This document shows, in pieces, positions 38,766-50,227 of a DNA stretch of 64,000 nucleotides. Each line of letters opens with the position of its first letter. Position 1 is the stretch's first letter. The stretch covers positions 143,098,001 to 143,162,000 of the forward strand of contig NC_086097.1 in NCBI RefSeq assembly GCF_963921235.1, in the 5' to 3' direction. This DNA comes from Mobula hypostoma (Eukaryota). The position numbers were made by a program, and so were the translations under genes. The notes beneath the pieces were generated by a model. The model did not search any database. It saw only the letters and a program-made list of their open reading frames with translations, and was not told the origin of the DNA.

Positions 38766-41700
38766 CTAACAGTTCAGTTAGCCTCCACTCTATTCTGAAG
38801 CCCCTCAGCTTTCATCTTTGACAAATCTCTAATCTTTTGCATCTACAACGTTAAATGGTTCCAGCCTTCCTGAGCATGGTCGACATGGAAGCCAATCGTT
38901 CTGGCCTGCTCTGCTTATGCCATCATTCTGTTTGGCTATGCTTCATCTGAACCTCAAACCTTTTAACCAGTCCTTGAAATCCACTTCCATTTCATTTTAT
39001 TTGTGCTAAAGACTTTCTTTTTCTCAGCTAAAATTACAAAATCTAAAGTGCACAGCTATTATGCCAAATACATTGTAAAATACCATTAAATTAAACCATT
39101 AGAATCTAAAATACCTCGTTAAGATCTCTCATTGGTGTCCCTTTCCCGGATGTGAACATTCCCAGTGCCCGGAGATGCTTCTTGCTGTATTGGGCACCTG
39201 TTCCAAGTGTGCCCCTGTGCTGTGCCCTCTCCTGTAACAAGATGTCCCTTCTGCTTATGCGCAAAACAGCAAGATTTGCGAAATAATTTCTGAAATACTC
39301 TGATACAAATGCAACATCCTTTATATCTTACAACACTTTAAATCCAAACATTGTGGCGCTTGACTTTTATTTGATTGTCAACCTGCTCCTGGCAAATCAC
39401 AGTTACTTGCAGAGGCTCATCATAATATCAAGTCCAATGCAGAAATAGATCAACTGGCCCAACACGTCAATGTCCTATGCTAAGGGATGTTGGGGGTTCA
39501 CACTTATCTTTCCATCCCTTCCTACTTAATCCATACGGCTCAACCTCTTATGCTTTTACATGTGATACATGCTTCTCATGAATTCATGAAAAATCACAAG
39601 GAATTACTGATTTATTGACATCCAGTTCTAATTTCTCTGCAGAGAGAAACATTTTTTCTGTATTTACTATATCAATTGCTGTCAAAATTTTCAAGCCCAT
39701 CACAAGGTCAATCTTTCCGAAAAATATTCTCTCGCTTTGCTATCATTCCTGTGAATTTAATACTTTGTCGGCATCTCAGGAGCCATTCAGTAATTATTTT
39801 TGTTCCTCAGTTTACATGCTTGTAATTCATCTAGTCGAGTGAGGTTTGACTTACTAGCCAGAGATTCAGGAGAAGGAAACAACGATTGCATAGCTCTTTA
39901 GTTAGTGTCACTGACAATCCGCGCCCAGATTGTGGCACAATCTATGGCACAAAGCTTTGCAAGGGGGAAGGGAGGAGTGGGGATGAAGTGAAGTTCTGCA
40001 GAAGGAAAGGGATAAGGACAGATTGCCAGCAGAGGAATGGAGGATTAATTTATCATAATGCAAATCAAAAGAAGTGATTAAAACAAATTTAAAGAATGAG
40101 CTGTGGGTGGCAGGGGTGGGGTATGTGAAATCTGTTAAGCAAGAAACAGAACTGGGGGAAAAGAAAACATTCAATCTCTGGACAAAAAAGGGTGGAGTCA
40201 AGACAAAAGATAAGCAAATTAAACAATTAAATATTTAACTTCTGAGCTGAAATGCTGTGCCTAGAACTAAGTGAAGAAAATAAGCACCTTTATGAAAATG
40301 CCCAAAGTTAAATTGATGTTTCACAGACAGAACACCAAATGCTGAATAGGCCCATTTACTTCAATTAATCTAATCCTTTTACCTGTTTCCTCATATCACT
40401 TTTAACTCTCCCTCTCAACATAGACTGTTCCATTTCTTCAGGCTGGGACAGGGTTAGGATCCTCAATGTACCAAACACCCAGACTTTGGGGGATTAGAAT
40501 CAAACTCCTCCTGCCACACAGCCGTCCCCACCCACCCCCACCTGACTTCAAACCACCATCAACGGTGGGGCATTCAGCTTTGGGCAAGGCAAAAAGCACC
40601 AAATTTTTCCACCATTTAAAGTACTTTAACCCTTTCATATTTATAGAGTTCTTGGTTTCACATGTAAGTGACAAAATCCCCATCAGGCCCAATCTTTTCA
40701 TGTTTAGGTTTATTTTAGCATCAGTAATAAACCACCAAAAATCACACAAGGCCAACAAAAGAAAAAGTGTTTTCCAAAAAATCCATTCAAATTACAAATG
40801 TACTTTAAATTACTTGCTGCTTATTACAAGGTGATTGATTCTAAGCTGTACACAGGTACAAAATTGAAACCCAACCTGACTGTAACAACCAGAAACCTAA
40901 CACCAGCACTTCTCATACCAGGCTTGACCTTACCACATTTTCTATTATTGCATCAAACACTGACGTCAAATCAATGTCTACGGAAAGCGCTCCTAATCAG
41001 GTGAAGGATCCTATCCACCACCATGGGCAGAAGCCATCACTGGGGCAAATCTAAAGTTGATACCTAGGAAGGTGCTGACCCACCCCAAGTGACATTTGCT
41101 GTCCAGTTCCAAGATGGATATCGTATCATCTGGGGTACTAAATCAAATGTGAAACAAGAATCTTAAAAAAAGCATATCCCTGGCTCAAACAAAATCCCTG
41201 AGTTGTGGGACCTTTGAAAAATCAATTAGTCACTTTTCTTAAGGCCTCAGGATGAAACTTGTCTTCAGACTTGTCAATCTGCAACTGCAAAAATTTGCTC
41301 ACTATTGCTGACCTGTTTATAATAACTTTTCTAGAGCTCCTCCTTCCCTTCTAATTTCCAGTTACTCACATCTCCCATAAGGTGGGCTGGCCCATCAGCA
41401 GACAAAAGCGAGGAGCAACATCTTAGAAGGCACTGTGGACCTCGAAGCTCTCTAGGGCATGTGAAAGCCCAGATAAAACAATGGAATGAGCACATCACGT
41501 CACATTCAACCCAACTACTTGTCCTCTCCAGCACCTCCCGCAGGACCCTCTTCAGCCTCCCCAGGACCTAGAACCAGACTAGAGGAAGGCCAGTCTTACT
41601 CCCAGGAATGACTGAAGAAGTATTAGTGGCACTCACCTCTGAGCCCACTGAAAAGGCTCACGCACAAGCTGCCATCTAAGTTGATACTCCAATGTGATAT

Positions 41701-41919
41701 TGAAGGAATATTCTCAGATGTGCAAGGAATATCATTAGAAAGCATTTTAATCCCATTTGAAATCTCTCAAAGACAAATAAAAATATTGTGTACACAGAGA
41801 GCAAAAAGAATGGTGACCTCATTTGTACCCAGGCCAATGCTCAGCCTTCAATCACCACAATTGTGTAAGATTTTGTCTGCTGCCTTCCCTATGCTGCACA
41901 CGTGACCACATCAAAAACT

Positions 41920-42022
41920 TCAAACACAAGAGAGTGTGCAGATGCTGAAAATCCAGAGCAACCTTCATTTCCATAGATGTGACCTGACCTGCCGAGTTCC
42001 TCCAGCATTTTGTGTGTTTTAC
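41920..42022. mobile_element. Collapsed Penelope-derived fold-back remnant (centre deleted)
   Basis: gcagatgctgaaaatccagagcaac is joined to ccatagatg.gacctgacctgc.gagttcctccagcattttgtgtg. Confidence 0.7.
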
Positions 42023-42114
42023 TTCAATAATTTTATTGTTCTGCTTTAACACAATCTGACAACTTCATTATTACTGATAAAAGAAGTCAATTTTCAAATT
42101 GTTACAACAAAATT

Positions 42115-42510
42115 CAACCTTCCCTCCACTGACTCCATCTACACTTTCCAATCCCTCGGGTAAGCAAGTAACATAATCAAGGGTCTCTCCCATCCCAGTC
42201 ACTCTATTTTCTTCCCTTTGCCGTCAGGCCTGAGAACGCAGACCACTGGGTTCAAGGACATCTTCTACCCCACTGTTATCAAACGGACATCTCACACGCT
42301 AAAAGGTGAATTCACAGCATCGTGGCCCTTGCACTGAACCTGTCTACCTTCACTTGAATTACATTGTAAGTATAGCACTACATTTTGCATTCTGTCTTGT
42401 TTTTACTACTTAGATGGAATTATGTACAGCACGATCTGTCTGTAAGGCATGCAAAACAAAGGTTTTCCATTGGATTGTGGTACATATGACAAGAGCAAAC
42501 CTATATCAAA
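42115..42510 (+). mobile_element. Rex1/Babar LINE 3' end, old
   Basis: NIIK..SHPSHS.F.PLPSG and T..FKD.FYP.VI remnants with a gtacatatgaca tail. Confidence 0.65.
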
Positions 42511-43894
42511 TTCTCAAATAGCATGAGATTTGAAATCCATTTTGCTTAGATAACTAAGAGGGGAATGTAATGGACAGAAGAGCATTTAAGGTAGGCTTAA
42601 TTCAGTCATTATCAAAGTGAATGGCAGGGAATGGCCTACTGCTTCCTATTTTCTGGTGTACAGTGTAATGGGTACGTTCCCATTTTAGCGACCAAGACTG
42701 CAATAACTAACCTTCTTGCAAAAAATTTCCACAAAGCATTGAATAAAAAGTATTTTTAAACCATTACTGGGAACATCTGAAAATGATGGACAGTGGAAAA
42801 AAAACCCAGCTGTTCCCACAAACCAGTGCCAAATTCAGAGTGTTGATCAGTGAGTTTGATGGCAAGTTCCGTGGCAAAGGGCCAGAAATATTGAAGTTAA
42901 GAAGTCAGACGTGCCTAAGCGGGGTCCCTGTGCACAGCACTGTTAAACTGAACTATTATGTGTGAGTAACAGTGGTCACTATTGGAACAAAAGTCTAACT
43001 TCCATGACAACAATCTAAAAAGGACCAATGAACAGTGTCTTTCCATCCTCTAACGGATGATGCTAGGAGGCCCATGTGACATCAGGAGCACACACTTACT
43101 TCTTGTCTGATTGAAATCCAATCAGGTTCGTAGCCATGTTTTGTTCTGGAAAAAGACCATTTTCAATCTTTTAGCACTGAAACAAAGAGGACTCTGCAAT
43201 TAACTTCTTTGGCCATTCAGCAGGGTAATATCTGAAACATGCAGTCAGAGGAAGAGAAGAAAGTACATGGGGTACATGTGAGAAAAACAAGTCACTCAGA
43301 GATAAAAGGTTCTTAAATTATCTCTGACATATGTTATGAAATTTGTTGTTTTGCAGCAGTACAATGCAATACATAAATTACTATATATACTATGTACTAC
43401 ATGGCCTTTCAACCTACAACATCCACGCTGACTATTTTGGCCTATTTGCCTGCATTTGGACTGTATCCTTCTATGCCTTATCTATACATCGTATGTGTCC
43501 AAATGCCTCTTAAGCATAATAATTGTACCTGACTCCACTATCTCCTCTGCAAGTGTGTTCCAGATATCAACTGAATAAAACTCACCTGAAATCTTCTTTA
43601 AATCTCTTACCTCTCGCTTTAAACCTCTTGATATTGATACCACTACCATGAGAAAAGAAATTGACTATCTTCACCCTCTCATAATCTTAGATACTCCAAG
43701 GAAAACAATCCCAGTCAGTCAATCTAATCTCTCTTGATAAGTAAAGTTCTTTAATCCAAAAAACTCCTGGAGAATGTACTCTCTCTGTGCATTCTCCTTT
43801 AATATGGTGAAGAACTCTGAATGCAGCTCAGTGTTTATTAAAGTTGCAACATCATGTCCTAACTCTTATATTCTCTGCCCTGACATTTGATGAC

Positions 43895-45190
43895 CAGAAG
43901 ACAAGAAGACATAGGAGCAAAATTAAGCTATTCAGCCCTTCAAATCTGCCCCACCATTCCATCATGGCTGATTTATTATCCCTCTCAACCTTATTCTCCT
44001 GTCTTCTTCCCATAATATTTGATGCCCTTACTAATGAAGAACCTAACAGCCTCCATTTTAAATATACCCACAGACTTGACCTCCACAGCTTCTGAGGCAA
44101 TGAATTCCACAGATTCACCACCCTCTGGCTAAACAAATTCCTCCTCATCTCTGTTCTAAAGGGATGTCCTTCTATTCTGAGGCTGTGCTCTCTGGTCCTG
44201 GAGTCCCCCACTACAGAAAATATCCTCTCCACATCCACTCTATCTAGGCCTTTCAATATCTGATAAGTTTCAATGAGATAGATAGATACTTTATTGATTC
44301 CAAAGGAAATTATGGTGTGTCACAGTAGCATTACACATGCACAGATATAAATATTAGAAGAGAGATAGAAAGAATAAAAAATAAGTTAACATAAACAGTC
44401 TAACAGGAGGAGATCATCACTTCCCTAGCTACAGGTTGACTCATTATAGAGCCTAATGGCCGAGGGTAAGAATGACCTCATACAGTGCTCTTTGGAACAG
44501 CGCTGTTATCTTAGTCAGAGATTCCCCTTCTTTCTTTTAAACTCCAGTGAGTACAGGCCCAGAGCCATCAAACACTCATGTGTTAACCCTTTCATTTCCA
44601 GAATAATTCTCATGAACCTCCTCTGGACCATCTCCAATGCCAGCACATCTTTTCTTAGATAAGGGCCCAAATCCTCTCACAATGCTTTATAAACCCTCAG
44701 CATTACATCCTTGCTTTTGTATTCTAGTCCTCTTGAAATGAATGATAACATTGCATTTGCCTTCCTCACCACTGACTCAACCTGCAAGTTAAACTTTAGG
44801 GCAAGTCCCTTTGCATCTTGAATTTTGAAATTTTCTCCCCATTTAAATACACTTTGTTCCTTCTACCAAACTGCATGATCATACACTTCACACCACTGTA
44901 TTCCATCTGCCACTCCCTTACCATTCCCCTAATCTCTCTCCGTCCTTCTGCAGATTCCTTGCTTCCCCAACACTACCTGGCCCTTCACCTATCTTCAAAT
45001 AATCTGCAAATTTGGCCACAAAGCCATCGTATTTGTCATCTAAGTCATTCACATATAATATGAAAGGACGTAATCCCAACACTGACCCCCGTAGAACACC
45101 ACTAGTCACCGGTAGCCAACCAGAAAAGGCTCTCTTTATTCCCACTCTTTGCCTCCTGTCAGTCAGCCAGCCAATCTTCTATCCTTGCTG
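43895..45190 (-). mobile_element. CR1 LINE 3' portion (an older CR1 remnant adjoins at ~43400-43880)
   Basis: ORFs 44918..45145 (VTSGV..GSVLG...KFAD) and 43852..44256. Confidence 0.9.
44280..44517 (-). mobile_element. Rex1-type LINE 3' tip with (TATC)n tail nested in the CR1
   Basis: TSD GAGAT (44275-44279 and 44518-44522). The minus strand encodes RSFLPSAIRLYN. Confidence 0.75.
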
Positions 45191-45744
45191 GATGACAGGC
45201 AAGATGAATATACACAAATCTTCCTCACCACTATTGACCTTTCTTGTCACTTTCAGGGAACAATGGAAGAGATTAATTGGCAGAATTTATCAAAAAATGG
45301 TGTCAGAGTAGACTGCATTCTTTGAAATTGTCTATTCCAACCAGATAAATATCAGTAAAAACCATTTTAACCTTGTACAGGGTTTCGACCATGATAGCAA
45401 GAACACCTTTGCCAAAAACGTACTTTAATAGACATAAACCTTCACCTTGTTTTTTTATCTGAAAAACTCGACAAGATTATAAACACTCCATGTTTCCCAA
45501 GCTATTGTTCAATGTGAGAATATTGTGACATCCAAAGCTCAACAGGAAGAATGTGTGATGCTTACAGGAAGTGTAGACCAAATGCAAATCATTAACGAAT
45601 AAAATTCCTATGAAGTAGCCTACATTTAGTTGATGAATCAATTGTTTTCATATTTCAATTAGTAGTTAAGTCACTACAAAAAGCCATTGACCATGGCCTC
45701 AAACTATTGTCCAGTAATTTAGCATAATTCAATGACAATTAGTT

Positions 45745-45900
45745 GGCTGGTGGTGCAGTTGCATCAGCACTGTACTTTGAGGTGAATGATCTCGGGTTCG
45801 AATCCTAGCGGCTCTCTGCACGCTTCCCATCCATGCTGGGTTGAGCATCAAGCTAGCAACTTGGCCTCGTTAAAAAAAGACAAGAGCTAAGGAAATGGCA
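45745..45900 (+). mobile_element. tRNA-derived SINE (different family)
   Basis: A-box tggtgcagttgc and B-box ggttcgaatcc, followed by an unrelated body and A-rich end. Confidence 0.65.
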
Positions 45901-46779
45901 AACATGCATTTCTGGACAGGAAGGAAATGTAAGACTCTCTACATCCTACACACATTTTGACTTCCACTCGAAATAGGGTTTGGGTTGGCAGAATGGCTGA
46001 ACTCTTCTCCCCCGAGTGAGTGTTGCTGTATGGTATGGATTTCATTCGAATGTCATTGGTACTCACAGGATGCCTGGGATAATTGGACAACAACTTACAG
46101 AACACAGAAAGGGACATACAACTTCGGAATGAATCAGGAATCTTTGGCACCTCTGCTGTGCTTATGGACAGGATGATGGAAACAGCATTCTCCATTGGCC
46201 TGTCTTTTTCCTCCTACTTGCTTTTCCATGTTTCTCCCTGATATTGGTCCCAAATTGTTGATTACATTTCATAGTTTCTGGTAGGAGGCAAGAACCAACA
46301 GTTCCATTTACTGAACATTGCAATGTTGTTGAAGCCCCCATCGGTCACCATAGTGTTACAATCAAAGAAATTGCTTTGAGAAAACTGGGGAGTTCAGTGA
46401 TTTTAAATGATACAGCTGTTCATCTTCTCGAGATGAAAAATATTCCTCACAATATCCATTTATTAAATAATTCCAACCGCCAAGATTCAAGAATAGCAGA
46501 TCTTGCCTTTTTGTAAAAAACATTTAATTAGCCTTCACTAATTTGACCCCATGATCCCCTAAATCACTCTCACAACATCAGTTGAGAGAATACACTGAAT
46601 TTTCTCATTCCTCGCTGTGCCTTCTCTTATTTACGTCACTGAATAGGTTCACAATTGATTTTTTGTAACTCAAGTGCCTAACCCATTATTCCTGGCTGTC
46701 CATAACTATTCTATCCTGCAATATGGAAGTATGCTTTACTGTTCCCGGATGCTCGTTTTCTCAACTGATACAACGTGCC

Positions 46780-46986
46780 TAAAATGCTCAAGGAATGCAG
46801 CAGCTGGGGTGGCATTTTTGGAAGGAAATAAATAGCCAATGCGTCAGGACAAGGCCTGATGACAGAGTCTCAGCACAAAACGTTGACTGTTTATTTCCCT
46901 CCATAGATGCTGTCTAACCTGCTGAGTATCTCTCGTGGTTTGTGTGTTGTTCTAGATTTCCAGTAGCTGCAGAATCTCTTGTATCT
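46780..46986. mobile_element. Penelope-derived fold-back element, old
   Basis: Inverted arms meet at gcgtcaggacaaggcctgatgacagagtctc. The right arm carries the long tail ttccagtagctgcagaatctcttgt. Confidence 0.75.
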
Positions 46987-48988
46987 TCACCATCTCCAAT
47001 TTCACCCCATTCCCTCTTGGGATAACTTGCATATCTGTTTGGATATGCAAAAGATCCCATGGCACCATTCAAAGACTAGGAAGCTCTTCCAATGATGATG
47101 GGTCAATACTGCCATGAATCAACACCATCATAGTGTTTAGAATTTCTGATCATTTACTTATTAGCTGCTTGAAGGATGTTGCTTTGAAAATGACAAAATT
47201 ACTCTCAAGTTTGTCCCTAAAATAGTGATTGCAATTTAAATGTAAATGTAATCTGTTGCTCAGGTTCTAATATAGCCATGCTCAATACAGATATAACAAG
47301 AATGTTAATTATATAAATCTATTAACACATCCCAAGGCATTTCACAGGGGGGGGGGGGGTAATATATCAAAAATTGACACCAGGCCAAAGGAAGAAATAT
47401 TAGATGGGTGGGGGACAAGTTTTGAGCAGCATTAAGGAGAGGTAGTGCAGAATATTGGGGAAGAAAGTCCAGAGTTTATGGCCGTAAACACTTTACCCTC
47501 AGTTACATGAAATGGAAGCGCACATTGATAATGGGCTACACCAGGAGCTAAGTGATTTCATGGAGGTGATTCATGTAGAGAGGAGGAAGTTCTAATAAAA
47601 CGAGTAGTTGGCTATGGGAATCAGGAGATGATGACTACTGAGGATAAGTATCTCAAATACAAAGTATTGCTAAATAATCAAATTCTAAAGGCATGGCATT
47701 GGGTGAAAAGGATTGTCAGCTGGCTAAGTTACAAGAACCCCTCAAGCTTCTAATAGTCCTTTCAAAATAATAGCTCCACTTGACTTTCTCTTCTTCATTA
47801 TGCCGCTCTGCAAATGATACTATGGCAGCTTTTATAACCACCCAAGAGTGCAACAGAACTTCCTTTAACATCTTGCCTTGAAGATGGCACCTGAGTAACT
47901 ACAGAATTCCCTCATTACTGCAGTTAAGTATCAAGCAATATTGTAGAACCATATCCATTTTTTTTTCCAAGTCAGGATATCTCCTTGTACAATAAAACAG
48001 CCATGGTTGCATTTCCTTGCTCTTTCTCCAAAACCCTGCCAAATTTATCTTCAGTGTTTATCCAATTTCCCCTTTGAAAATGCTAACTTAATATTCTGAA
48101 TCATAACTATTTGCTGCATAAACTGGATAGATTTCCAGTTAATTTAAAGCTGACCTCTGGCCTTTGACTTCTCTGCAAATAAGGATATTTTCTATTTACC
48201 CTTTCCAACTCAGCTTCATTTGTCCACATTTATTAAGCCTTATAGCCAATATATTATTTTATCATATGCACTGCCGGATTCGCCTTCCACGCAAGTGTCC
48301 GTTGTGAGAGTTGTGTTATTTATTGCTCATCTGTCTGACATCATCACATTTTAGAGATTGAAAACAATCTCTCCCTTCCATCTCTGTCCATGCAACAATG
48401 ATCAGGTTCAGAGGAGAGTGAAGGCACGTGTCAGTGAAGACAGACTCAAGCAAACCAAGATGGCAAATAGATTGAACGTTTCATTTGCAGTTTGGAGGTT
48501 AACTACAACCTTTGGTGCACTACCACTCCATTCAGTGAAGGTCCACAGGTGATTAGCTCAATGTGGGATTGTGCAAGCATCCTCAGTAACTTCAGAAAGA
48601 GAGGGAGATAAATGGAAATAGCTATCTTTCCTGTTCCTCTTTGTTCTAGAATATAGAATGTCTAGGATCAATTCTTGCTACAGTGCCCAGCGTAGCCAAA
48701 CAGCTATCTTACACATTTAAATCTGAAGAATGGATCCTTTAACGAAGATGGGGTTGCTCACTCTATTGAACTGTATACCAGATTAGAAAACTGTTAGTTG
48801 GGGAAAAATATGGAATATTGTTGTCTAGGGTGCAATGCGATTGAAGTATTTAAGATTATGTGACAGGATAGACTGGGATGTTTTAAAACGCAAACAACAG
48901 GAATTCTGCAGATGCTGGAAATTCAAGCAACACACATCAAAGTTGCTGGTGAACACAGCAGGCCAGGCAGCATCTCTAGGAAGAGGTA

Positions 48989-49026
48989 CAGTCGACGTTT
49001 CAGGCCGAGACCCTTCGTCAGGACTG
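48989..49026 (-). ncRNA. Minimal type-I hammerhead ribozyme, intact
   Basis: 5'-CAGUC CUGACGA AGG-GUCUCGG-CCU GAAA CG UC^GACUG-3'. It has the CUGANGA and GAAA boxes, stem II AGG/CCU, a perfect stem I CAGUC/GACUG, a GUC triplet, and palindromic ACGU in place of helix III. Confidence 0.85.
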
Positions 49027-50190
49027 AACTGGAGTTCAGGCAGGCATGAACTTCAGATTGCCTCTGCCATTGATCTTGCCGGCTCCAACACCTCAGGGCA
49101 TATTCGAAACCCGGACTCCAGCAATGACCATGGACACTTTCAAAGCGATTGCACAACCACCAACTGCGACTCCAGCCTCGAACTCCAGGCCGGGTCTTTA
49201 TGTGCTGCTATTGTGACTCCCATCTCCCCTTCCCCCACCAATACTCTGCAATCCCATCTCCCTCAGATCCCATCGTCAGCTCCTGGGTACTCAGAGGCTC
49301 CATCTTCCTCTCACTACAACCCTCCCCACCCCACTGACACCCCCAGCCTCCCCCCCGATCCCAGCTCTCATCCGTGCTGGGTCTTCACCATCCCCTTCGA
49401 CCTTCAACTGTCAGAGGCAGAACGCTCTGTCCTCAGTAAGGGCCTCACCCCTGTCCCCCTTTGCCCACACCTCAGTGAGTTCCGTGTTCTTCCGCCGTCT
49501 CCGTCTCCGAGCCTACTTCTTCGGCAAGGACTCTTCCACCCCCACTGATGACCCCTTCTCCCGTCTTCAATCCTCCTTTTCTTCATGGACACCCCGCTCT
49601 GGTCTTCTGCCTGCTCTGGATCTCTTTATCGCTAATTGCCGACGGGACATCAACCGTCTCGACTTCACCGCACCTTGTTCCCATTCCAACCTCACTCCTT
49701 TGGAACGCTGTGCTCTCCACTCCCTCCGCACTAATCCTAACCTTATTATTAAACCCGCCGATAAGGGGGGGTGCTGTTGTAGTCTGGCGGACTGACCTCT
49801 ACCTTGCCGAGGCACAGCGACAACTCGCTGATACCTCCTCTTATTTACCCCTCGATCATGACCCCACGAAGGAGCACCAGGCCATTGTCTCCCACACCAT
49901 CACCGACTTTATCCACTCAGGGGATCTCCCATCCACTGCTACCAACCTTATAGTTCCCACACCCCGCACTTCCCGTTTCTACCTCCTACCCAAGATCCAC
50001 AAACCTGCCTGTCCTGGCAGACCTATTGTCTCAGCTTGCTCCTGCCCCACTGGACTCATTTCTGCATACCTCGACACAGTTTTATTCCCCCTTGTTCAAT
50101 CCCTTCCTACCTATGATCGTGACACTTCTCACGCTCTTAAACTTTTCGATGATTTTAAGTTCCCTGGCCTCCACCGCTTCATTTTCACCT

Positions 50191-50227
50191 AGTCCTGACG
50201 AAGGGTCTCGGCCTGAAACGTCAACTG
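50191..50227 (+). ncRNA. Minimal type-I hammerhead ribozyme, core intact, one stem-I mismatch
   Basis: AGUC CUGACGA AGGGUCUCGGCCU GAAA CG UC^AACUG, with G to A just 3' of the cleavage site (CpG-type change). Confidence 0.75.

Noticed and set aside
43100..43137. ATG in good Kozak context followed by a consensus donor AA|GTAAGT
   Set aside because: It is phase 2, so out of frame with exon 2 and usable only by skipping to exon 3. There is no other support.
45745..45815. Possible tRNA gene
   Set aside because: A and B boxes are present, but there is no convincing cloverleaf and it runs into a SINE-like body.
48835..49548. 237-aa ORF as a novel protein
   Set aside because: It is a chimeric read-through of flank, inverted pLTR and the PLE ORF N-terminus.
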